A stretch of 19,905 nt of DNA from a virus, in the IMG/VR virus record IMGVR_UViG_3300045988_172277; one strand, 5' to 3'. Both the position numbers and the translations under genes were made by a program. This document shows, piece after piece, positions 13,621 through 19,905 of the stretch. Positions within the stretch are counted from its first letter, which is position 1. Each line of letters starts with the position of its first letter. The notes below the pieces were generated by a model that was not told where the DNA came from, did no database searches, and saw nothing but the letters and a program-made list of their open reading frames with translations.

Positions 13621-13646
13621 ATTTTCCAATCCCCTTTTTATTTTTA

Positions 13647-15806
13647 TTATCTTTCAAAATAATTATTTAAACTAATCATGTAAGCTTGCTCTTGTATTAT
13701 TGTACCACCTTTTATAATTTTTGACTTTTTAGATTTTATTAGTCCTTTAATCTTTTGTGTACATGCTTTATCTTTATAATAATATATATCACCTTCTTTT
13801 GTGAAATATTCCATTTTTGCTAATTCTTTTGCAGAATATTCGCAAACATCAAATACATTTATATCATCTAACTTTTTCATTATTTCATCAGTTAACCCAC
13901 AACATTTAATTTCCCATTCATGAGTTTTAATATTTTTTTCTGCATACCTTTTTGAACCAATATATTTGAAATCTTCAAAACACATTTCATTATCCCATAA
14001 TCCATAATCCTTTTTACCAATTTTAACACCTTTTACATCTTCAATTCTTCCATATAAATGTAAACTGTCAGTATCACAATACATAAATCTTTCATAGTTG
14101 TTATTAATTGCTTTAACTAAGTAATCTTTTGCCCAACTTGTTATAAAAGTTGCCATTGGTAAATAAATTGTATCACTTACAACATTTTCATGAGTGTGTT
14201 CAATTGTAAATACATCATCTACATTTTGAAAGTTTGTTAATTCTGTAACTCCTGCCATTCCAAACTTACCATACAATCCATTTTGCATTAACTTTGCAAA
14301 TGCCCTTAACGCTCCCTCATATTTTTTCTTAATCTTTTTCCAAAAATCTATATAATTTTTAAACAAATTATAACTTCCCATAAAAGCCATATGGCCACCA
14401 AGTTTATAAGCCTTTACATCATAACACTCAAAAAGCAAATCTAGTAAAACATTTGTTAATCTTAAATGTAATGTTACTTTTTTTCCATCTTTAATGTTAT
14501 TTTTTAAGCACTCCCTTCCACTAAAATGCTTGTTGTCTTTTACTTGTAAAAATGACATTTTATTCTTTTTAACTTTCAAATCAAAAATCGTTATATCTTG
14601 AATGTAAAGAGGGTAAAGTTCTTTGTAGTTTTCATTCATATTTTTATATGGGGTATCCCTATATTGTGCGTCGCCATAGGGTAATAATCGTGAAGTCATT
14701 ACAAAAGGATATAATGAATTAACATCTAAAACAATACCATTTCTATTTTTTCTTTTACTAAACTTTTTCACATTATTATATTCTACTGCACTAAGGCCAC
14801 CATAGTAACTATGTCTTTGCCATGCGTCTTGAAAATAACTTTGTTTTGGAAATAAAGCTTCAAAAATTATATTACTTTTTATTTCTGTTACATTACCTTT
14901 ATTTTTTAACTTATGAAAATTTGTTTTCATTAGTTTAGTATCAACCATTTCATATAAATTTTCATTTTCAAAACTATTTTGTTTATTAAGATAATCTTCT
15001 AAAAGTGTTAATTTATAATTTGCTAATGCTTGACCCGAATTTGTAAGCTTATCATATTTAATCTTTTGACCGTTTAAATCAATACCATTTATTTTTAATA
15101 ATTTTACTAGATAAGATAAACCAAATACATCTTCATAAATATACGTCATTTCTTGCTCTGTTAAAATATCATCAAGAGTTCTTTCTTTTTCATAGTCTAA
15201 ACCATCTTTACCCAAATTCAATCCTAGAAAATCAGAGCAACATTTTTTTAATGAAAATGGAGCAAGTTTAAAGGTATCATAAAAATTTATTAGACCGTAT
15301 TCAGTTGCTATAGTTAATTTATAAAACACACCATTTTTCATAAGTAATCGATATTCAAAAGGCTTTAATTCTTTATTTTCTTTATCAGAACTTTGAAAGT
15401 TTAAAACCTCATAAATTTTTTCAAATTCATTCCATTGTTTTTTTAAAAAATAATCTTCTTGTCTTTGTTTATTTCCATATCTCTTTACAAAGTCTAGTAG
15501 AAAAGGTTTTACATCATATAAACAGTTATGAGCAAATAAATTAATTTGTTTACAATTTAGATTTATTATCATGTCATTAAATTTACTAACATTATTGTAC
15601 CAGTAACATAAATCACTATCATTATTACAACTCATAAGAGCAATTGAATAAGTTAACATCTCACTTTTATTATTTATTGCACACGCTTCTATATCAAATG
15701 CAAAATTCAAAACGTCTTTATCACTTGTAGCTTTTATTTTATCTTTAGAAATATAATTCATAATCCCATTATTCTTTATATCTTTTAACCTTTCATTCAA
15801 ATCCAT
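13647..15806 (-). CDS. Protein-primed family-B DNA polymerase (phi29 gp2-like)
   Basis: Exo I FDIEA, Exo II HNCLYDVKPF, Exo III YIYEDV. Motif A LDVNSLYP, motif B KLMQNGLYGKFG, motif C YCDTDSLH, and KxY in GSKRYAEK. Confidence 0.95.
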   Translation of the reverse strand: MDLNERLKDIKNNGIMNYISKDKIKATSDKDVLNFAFDIEACAINNKSEMLTYSIALMSCNNDSDLCYWYNNVSKFNDMIINLNCKQINLFAHNCLYDVKPFLLDFVKRYGNKQRQEDYFLKKQWNEFEKIYEVLNFQSSDKENKELKPFEYRLLMKNGVFYKLTIATEYGLINFYDTFKLAPFSLKKCCSDFLGLNLGKDGLDYEKERTLDDILTEQEMTYIYEDVFGLSYLVKLLKINGIDLNGQKIKYDKLTNSGQALANYKLTLLEDYLNKQNSFENENLYEMVDTKLMKTNFHKLKNKGNVTEIKSNIIFEALFPKQSYFQDAWQRHSYYGGLSAVEYNNVKKFSKRKNRNGIVLDVNSLYPFVMTSRLLPYGDAQYRDTPYKNMNENYKELYPLYIQDITIFDLKVKKNKMSFLQVKDNKHFSGRECLKNNIKDGKKVTLHLRLTNVLLDLLFECYDVKAYKLGGHMAFMGSYNLFKNYIDFWKKIKKKYEGALRAFAKLMQNGLYGKFGMAGVTELTNFQNVDDVFTIEHTHENVVSDTIYLPMATFITSWAKDYLVKAINNNYERFMYCDTDSLHLYGRIEDVKGVKIGKKDYGLWDNEMCFEDFKYIGSKRYAEKNIKTHEWEIKCCGLTDEIMKKLDDINVFDVCEYSAKELAKMEYFTKEGDIYYYKDKACTQKIKGLIKSKKSKIIKGGTIIQEQAYMISLNNYFER

Positions 15807-16624
15807 TAATCATACACTCCTTTTAATTCTTTAAGTGTTTTGTATTTTTGTATTGATTTACTAACAGTATCATAAATATTTGTTTCAATTCTTTCTTCAT
15901 TTCCAATTACACTATCTTCGGGGTATCTATCTCTTAAATCTCTTAAAACTTCTTTAATCCACATATCTTTTTGAAGTGGTGTTAAACTGTTGTATTCTTT
16001 CCTTATCATTTCTTGTACGTAAGGCTTACACCCTAACTGTATACTAGGTGATGTCATAAATTCATTATTAAACCAGTTGTCATTTTCTGTACTGTCTGTT
16101 AATTTTTTATAAACATTAATAAATTTTATATCTTTCATATCTTGTTTGAACTTCTTTATCATTTCTTTTTTAGTTTTATTATCTGCAATATAAATATTAT
16201 CTAAGTGTTCCAATGGAATACCATCATATATAAATGATTTTTTATCATAATAAGTTAAGAATAAATCTTTACCCTTAAGATAATTTATTTGCAATTTTGG
16301 TAATCCCATTGTTTCAAGTGCTTGAAGTGTTTTATCAACTTCTTTATTATAGTTTTTAATAGTTTGATTGTATTGATAGTCAATTGACTTTTTGTAAGAT
16401 TTTTTTATAGTAGTTTCTTTTTTAATAACAGAATTTAACCCAGTAGTAATTTTATTAACTGCTTGCGTTAATTGTCTTTGTGAAAGTGATTTCCCTTGTA
16501 GATAACTTGGAATTGAGTACCCTAATAGTTCATATTTTTTAACTAAATATTTAATTTTTTGTTTATCATTTTTATTTGAAAAGTCTACCCTTTTAAGACC
16601 ACTTAATTGACGTTTAGCGTTCAT
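15806..16624 (-). CDS. Terminal protein (phi29 gp3-like primer protein)
   Basis: 272 aa, immediately upstream of the polymerase and overlapping it by 1 nt (TAATG). The basic N-terminus NKNDKQKIKYLVKK resembles the phi29 TP KDNDKAEYARLVKN. The genome has ITRs and defined ends. Confidence 0.75.
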   Translation of the reverse strand: MNAKRQLSGLKRVDFSNKNDKQKIKYLVKKYELLGYSIPSYLQGKSLSQRQLTQAVNKITTGLNSVIKKETTIKKSYKKSIDYQYNQTIKNYNKEVDKTLQALETMGLPKLQINYLKGKDLFLTYYDKKSFIYDGIPLEHLDNIYIADNKTKKEMIKKFKQDMKDIKFINVYKKLTDSTENDNWFNNEFMTSPSIQLGCKPYVQEMIRKEYNSLTPLQKDMWIKEVLRDLRDRYPEDSVIGNEERIETNIYDTVSKSIQKYKTLKELKGVYD

Positions 16625-16676
16625 AATATATCCCCCTCTAAGAACTACTAAAATCTTTAACCCTTTTCTTAATTAT

Positions 16677-16705
16677 ATTTTACCAAATATTACACACAAT
16701 TTCAA
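16677..16705 (-). promoter_or_regulatory. Strong sigma-A-type promoter TTGAAA-17 bp-TAAAAT with TG extension, for the TP/polymerase/sigma operon
   Basis: On the - strand TTGAAA (16700..16705), 17 bp, then TGgTAAAAT (-10 at 16677..16682). It is about 50 nt upstream of the TP start. Confidence 0.6.
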
Positions 16706-16707
16706 TA

Positions 16708-16740
16708 GAAAATATGAAAAATAGAGGATAAATTTATCCC
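16708..16740 (-). terminator. Intrinsic terminator after the MazG-like gene
   Basis: Palindrome GGATAAATTTATCC (16726..16739) directly follows stop codon 16741..16743, then TCTATTTTTCATATTTT on the - strand. Confidence 0.55.
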
Positions 16741-17010
16741 CTATTTATTATACAATCTTTCAAATCTTTCTTGCTTAAAATCTTTTATATAATTTAATTC
16801 TTTTTCTTGTAAATTCATTATGTTTTTTAACTTTGTTAAACATAGTTCAACGTCCGCAACCTCTTCTAAAATCATGTACTCTATTTCAATTTTACTATTT
16901 CTTAAAGTTTCATCAGAATTTATATAACGTACATATTTAGATAATGCTTGTATTAACTCTCCTAATTCTTCTATTGTAATTATTACTCTATCTAAACAAC
17001 TTTCATTCAT
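16741..17010 (-). CDS. MazG-like nucleotide pyrophosphohydrolase (small all-alpha type)
   Basis: 89 aa with EELGELIQAL and EEVADVELCL, the paired EExxE / ExxD helices typical of small phage MazG-like proteins. Start overlaps the upstream stop (ATGA). Confidence 0.55.
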   Translation of the reverse strand: MNESCLDRVIITIEELGELIQALSKYVRYINSDETLRNSKIEIEYMILEEVADVELCLTKLKNIMNLQEKELNYIKDFKQERFERLYNK

Positions 17011-17210
17011 AATAATAATTCATTCCTTATATCTTTATTTTCTATTAAAAAATTAACCATATATTCATAATCTTCCCTGCTTTTACAACCTGCATTAATG
17101 TAATCATAACATATAGATACAATGTCGGGAGGGTATAAATTATTGTAAGCTAATACTTGTCCAACCTTTCTTGATAGAATAACAAACATTGCAAATCTTT
17201 CATCACTCAT
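17007..17210 (-). CDS. Hypothetical early protein, 67 aa
   Basis: ORF track entry. SD TAGGAGGTC precedes the ATG. Confidence 0.65.
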   Translation of the reverse strand: MSDERFAMFVILSRKVGQVLAYNNLYPPDIVSICYDYINAGCKSREDYEYMVNFLIENKDIRNELLL

Positions 17211-17264
17211 TATAAATAGACCTCCTAATCTTAATCATTAACAATGATTATAATTCCTTTACAA

Positions 17265-17405
17265 TCATTGTAATTCCACCTCTTTCTTTTTATTATCAAC
17301 ATATACTGAAAAATCATCATGATAATAATCTACAAAAACAGTATAATCCCCTTTACCATCTTCAATTAATATTTCCAATTTTTCTTTTAACTCTTTTACT
17401 GTCAT
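17265..17405 (-). CDS. Hypothetical micro-protein, 46 aa (below ORF-track threshold)
   Basis: ATG 17405 preceded by SD GAGGTG. Hand translation MTVKELKEKLEILIEDGKGDYTVFVDYYHDDFSVYVDNKKKEVELQ. Fills a gap in the operon. Confidence 0.45.
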   Translation of the reverse strand: MTVKELKEKLEILIEDGKGDYTVFVDYYHDDFSVYVDNKKKEVELQ

Positions 17406-17406
17406 T

Positions 17407-17607
17407 TTAATACACCTCATTTATTATCATATTTTCAATATCTCCCTCACTCATATAGCGATAAGGAAAACAACCTTTCCTTGTATTACCCCATGTGTCC
17501 AAATATCTAATTATTATTATTCCATCTTCTATTTTACTACAAATAAATCTACAATGTAATCTTTCTAATATATCCTTTATTAATCTTTCAGCTTTAAATT
17601 TACACAT
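17407..17607 (-). CDS. Hypothetical early protein, 66 aa
   Basis: ORF track entry. SD-like AAAGGGG upstream. Confidence 0.6.
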   Translation of the reverse strand: MCKFKAERLIKDILERLHCRFICSKIEDGIIIIRYLDTWGNTRKGCFPYRYMSEGDIENMIINEVY

Positions 17608-17631
17608 ATTCCCAAGACCCCTTTAATTTAA

Positions 17632-17724
17632 TTAAATATTTCTTTTACAATATTCACATAAATGACCATTACAATAATATTCATAACTACTTATTTCTCT
17701 ATAACAATTTTCACAATGATACAT
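17632..17724 (-). CDS. Cys-rich micro-protein, 30 aa (zinc-ribbon-like CxxC...CxxxxCxxC)
   Basis: ATG 17724, 6 nt after the strong SD AAGGAGGA. Hand translation MYHCENCYREISSYEYYCNGHLCEYCKRNI. Confidence 0.4.
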   Translation of the reverse strand: MYHCENCYREISSYEYYCNGHLCEYCKRNI

Positions 17725-17726
17725 AA

Positions 17727-18098
17727 TTATTCCTCCTTATATAATTTTACATATTGCCATGGTTCAAATTCACTATAACCATAATACCCATACGTAAAGC
17801 TTGTTGCTCCATCACTAAAAGTATAAATTGTATTATTTTCAAATTTTGCAAAATGTGCATGATACCACACATCACCATCATTACTAACTAGAATTTTTGT
17901 ATCAACTGCAACTTTGCTCCAATCTATATTATAAAATTTTCTAAAATCTAAATCCAATATTTCTTTTAAAGTATAAAAATTATTTATATCGCACCAATCA
18001 CAAGTTAAATCCCCTTTATCAACTTTCCATTCTTTACCGTTATTATCTTTTACATAATCACCATCATTACATTTTTCAAATACTTCTTTAATATTCAT
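17727..18098 (-). CDS. Hypothetical early protein, 123 aa
   Basis: ORF track entry. SD AAGGAGGA precedes the ATG. Confidence 0.7.
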   Translation of the reverse strand: MNIKEVFEKCNDGDYVKDNNGKEWKVDKGDLTCDWCDINNFYTLKEILDLDFRKFYNIDWSKVAVDTKILVSNDGDVWYHAHFAKFENNTIYTFSDGATSFTYGYYGYSEFEPWQYVKLYKEE

Positions 18099-18101
18099 GA
18101 T

Positions 18102-18329
18102 TTAATCCTCCTTTTCTTCATAATACATTGAATAAGCTTGTATTATATTCTTTTCTTCGATAAACTCATAACTTATACTTGTATCTAATGGATTAATTCT
18201 ATATAATCTAATTCCTTTAGTTTCTTGGTATACACTATCTTCTACATTTAAAATTTCTACTATAACACCCCAATTTCCTCGAGGATTAATTGATGTTTTG
18301 TATTTTACTAAATCTCTTATATTAAACAT
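18102..18329 (-). CDS. Hypothetical early protein, 75 aa
   Basis: ORF track entry. Weak purine-rich SD (GAGAGAG). Confidence 0.6.
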   Translation of the reverse strand: MFNIRDLVKYKTSINPRGNWGVIVEILNVEDSVYQETKGIRLYRINPLDTSISYEFIEEKNIIQAYSMYYEEKED

Positions 18330-18380
18330 ATTTTATCTCTCTCTTTTTATTATTATTTTATTTTTTCACTCCAAATCTTT

Positions 18381-18551
18381 TTATTCTTCAACTATTTCGA
18401 AATCACATTCATGATATAACCACTCATAACCACTATCATCAACAATAGCGTAAAAGTCAATAGTTTTATCTATCACATCATAAACTTTACCAAATGTTAA
18501 ATAATTTTTTAATAAATAATTGTTTATACATTTTATATTAATAACCCTCAA
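18381..18551 (-). CDS. Hypothetical protein, 56 aa; short paralog of 1355..1711 (below ORF-track threshold)
   Basis: Same TTG and first 56 nt as 1355..1410 because that part lies inside the ITR. Hand translation MRVINIKCINNYLLKNYLTFGKVYDVIDKTIDFYAIVDDSGYEWLYHECDFEIVEE. Start codon uncertain, as for the paralog. Confidence 0.5.
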   Translation of the reverse strand: MRVINIKCINNYLLKNYLTFGKVYDVIDKTIDFYAIVDDSGYEWLYHECDFEIVEE

Positions 18552-18564
18552 CCCCCAATTTTTA

Positions 18565-18759
18565 TTATTCTTTATACATTAAGAAATTATCGTGCATTCT
18601 ATATAATATTGAAGATAATTCCCATGAATAACCCGAAGGTAATTTAGATATAACATCATCAATATATAAAGCTATATAATTATTATCACAATTATTTTCC
18701 ATCATAAAAGATACTTTATCTTGCACTAAATATAATATTAATTTTTCATGATTTGTCAT
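18565..18759 (-). CDS. Hypothetical small protein, 64 aa (ITR copy 2 of 1147..1341)
   Basis: Identical mirror copy. Confidence 0.7.
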   Translation of the reverse strand: MTNHEKLILYLVQDKVSFMMENNCDNNYIALYIDDVISKLPSGYSWELSSILYRMHDNFLMYKE

Positions 18760-18761
18760 TT

Positions 18762-18926
18762 TTAACCCTCCTTATAATATTTATTAATTATTGATATTGT
18801 ACTTTCAATCGTACAACCTTTTATTAAATGTCTATTAGTTTCATTGTATACAAGATAGAAACCTTTTGAGTTTCTACCTTTATACTTTAAATTGTATTTA
18901 TTACATAAATTTAACAACCTTTTCAT
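18762..18926 (-). CDS. Hypothetical small protein, 54 aa (ITR copy 2 of 980..1144)
   Basis: Identical mirror copy. Confidence 0.55.
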   Translation of the reverse strand: MKRLLNLCNKYNLKYKGRNSKGFYLVYNETNRHLIKGCTIESTISIINKYYKEG

Positions 18927-19561
18927 TAACTACACCCCTCCTTAATCTTTATAAAGAAACTAATTTCACCATTATTAAATATTACTTTATTGTTTCTATT
19001 TAAAGTTTGTATGACTTTATGTGCTTTACTTAAAACTAATCCTAAAACATTAACTAAATATTTTTTCATGTTGTTTAATTCTTTACCATAGTTTTTTATA
19101 TCTCTTTCTTCTCTTATATTTAACCCTTTTCCGAACACTAATTTTTGATTGCACCCATTAGAAAAATCATTCTCATATTTAGTAATAATATCATTATCCT
19201 TTTTGTGTGTTTCTCTTTCAATTGCTTCCTCACAGTATGCAATGTCTTCTTCTTGGAATAAATCATCATTTAAATTTTCAACTTCTTCTATTAAAGATTT
19301 TTCATAATTCATTTCTTCTACTTCTTCTAATTCTTCTACTTCTTCGATTACTTCTAATCTGATTATGAACTTACTAACATTGTCTTGGAACCTAACCATT
19401 TTTTTAACTAAGTCTTTATCACTATAACCTTTGTTACCTAATACCCAACAATAACCTCTGTATTCAATAACTTCTACTTTACCATTAGCAAATGTAACCT
19501 TAAAAGATTTTCTTTCACTTATTAAATATTCAACCATTTCTTTAACGTCTCTTTTTAACAT
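18926..19561 (-). CDS. Hypothetical acidic early protein (ITR copy 2 of 345..980)
   Basis: Identical mirror copy. Start adjusted to the ATG, as for copy 1. Confidence 0.75.
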   Translation of the reverse strand: MLKRDVKEMVEYLISERKSFKVTFANGKVEVIEYRGYCWVLGNKGYSDKDLVKKMVRFQDNVSKFIIRLEVIEEVEELEEVEEMNYEKSLIEEVENLNDDLFQEEDIAYCEEAIERETHKKDNDIITKYENDFSNGCNQKLVFGKGLNIREERDIKNYGKELNNMKKYLVNVLGLVLSKAHKVIQTLNRNNKVIFNNGEISFFIKIKEGCS

Positions 19562-19642
19562 TTTAACCAATCTCCCTTTATTTTATTTTTCGACATATTT
19601 TGTCGAATTCTGTATTTAATCTATTTCCCTTTCCATGATTTA

Positions 19643-19671
19643 ATTATATAATATTTGAGCAGAAAATGCAA
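19643..19671 (-). promoter_or_regulatory. Sigma-A-type early promoter inside the right ITR (mirror of 235..263)
   Basis: Identical mirror copy, TTGCAT-17 bp-TATAAT reading inward. Confidence 0.6.
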
Positions 19672-19881
19672 TACTTTTTGGTTAAATATTTAAAAGAAAT
19701 ATATAAAAATTTTCGACAAATATTATGATAAGGTATGGAGCAATATTATTATATGAAAATTAGTGTTAATGGATAATGATTATTGATTAGGCCACACGAA
19801 CAGATGTTTTAGTTATATGGTATTTGATACTACTTAATGGGGGGAAGAATACCACCCGAAAAATGTGCTAAGGCATTTTTT

Positions 19882-19905
19882 AGATCGGAAGAGCACACGT
19901 CTGAA
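19882..19905. other. Illumina TruSeq adapter remnant AGATCGGAAGAGCACACGTCTGAA; technical, not biological
   Basis: Exact adapter string, including the A-tail base. Confidence 0.97.

Larger units (their letters stand above)
18496..19881. repeat. Right inverted terminal repeat (1386 bp)
   Basis: Exact reverse complement of 25..1410. Confidence 0.9.

Noticed and set aside
336-13629. ORF-track start codons at 336 (TTG), 7573, 8423 and 13629 (TTG)
   Set aside because: Each is 0-1 nt from the SD or lies inside the preceding gene. Downstream ATGs at 345, 7549, 8405 and 13620 have proper SD spacing and were used instead.
4961-13675. Nine + strand ORFs in the track (4961..5251, 5853..6038, 6948..7157, 8666..8848, 9354..9548, 9906..10103, 10758..10946, 12452..12664, 13472..13675)
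   Set aside because: All lie antisense inside long, well-supported - strand genes. They lack SD sequences and translate to Leu/Phe/Ile-rich strings typical of the reverse frame of AT-rich coding DNA.
1-19905. Possibility that the inverted ends are an assembler-generated palindrome (hairpin or chimeric contig artefact)
   Set aside because: Not fully excluded, but judged unlikely. Only the terminal 1.4 kb is inverted. Both copies end at the same adapter-capped terminus. The breakpoint falls within a gene pair that stays homologous but diverged beyond it, which an artefact would not produce. Read-level checks are listed under the ITR finding.
1-19905. Alternative genetic code (TGA = Trp, as in mycoplasma or spiroplasma hosts), suggested by the very low GC
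   Set aside because: Trp is encoded by TGG in conserved motifs. TGA closes well-delimited ORFs (for example 17007..17210 and 17265..17405). All large conserved genes are intact under code 11, and strong GGAGG SDs fit Firmicutes.
1-19905. CRISPR arrays, tRNA or rRNA genes, transposases, and integrase or repressor lysogeny genes
   Set aside because: No regularly spaced direct repeats, cloverleaf-like GC-rich segments or recombinase-like ORFs were seen. The coding capacity is fully accounted for by the phage genes listed.

Overview
The window is an essentially complete linear genome of a very AT-rich phi29-like podophage that replicates by protein priming, most likely infecting a low-GC Firmicute, possibly a Clostridium-type host. 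No database search was possible. Homology calls rest on motif recognition and remembered phi29 protein sequences. Illumina TruSeq adapter is still attached at both ends (1..24 and 19882..19905), so the biological sequence is 25..19881. The genome is bounded by perfect 1386-bp inverted terminal repeats (25..1410 and 18496..19881). Each repeat carries a sigma-A-type promoter, three complete small genes and the first 56 nt of a fourth. The left arm (+ strand) encodes ITR genes, small ORFs, an ORF-less promoter-terminator unit, an OB-fold SSB and a coiled-coil protein. Everything from 19561 down to 2847 is on the - strand. In order it holds small early genes, a MazG-like pyrophosphatase, terminal protein, protein-primed family-B DNA polymerase and a sigma-70-like protein. 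The late operon follows: scaffold, gp8-like capsid, a tail-knob N-domain fused to a lysozyme/NlpC-P60 hydrolase, the rest of the tail knob, the gp10-like portal, a putative lower collar and a beta-helix tailspike. After it come an unknown protein, a YvrJ-like holin candidate and a gp16-like packaging ATPase. No integrase, repressor, tRNA or CRISPR array was seen. The points most worth following up are the kb-scale gene-carrying ITR whose boundary lies inside a paralogous gene pair, and the tail-knob gene split by a peptidoglycan-hydrolase module. Others are a phage sigma-like factor next to a repeated promoter motif, an orphan candidate ncRNA unit, and the unlocated pRNA that a gp16/gp10-type packaging motor would be expected to need.
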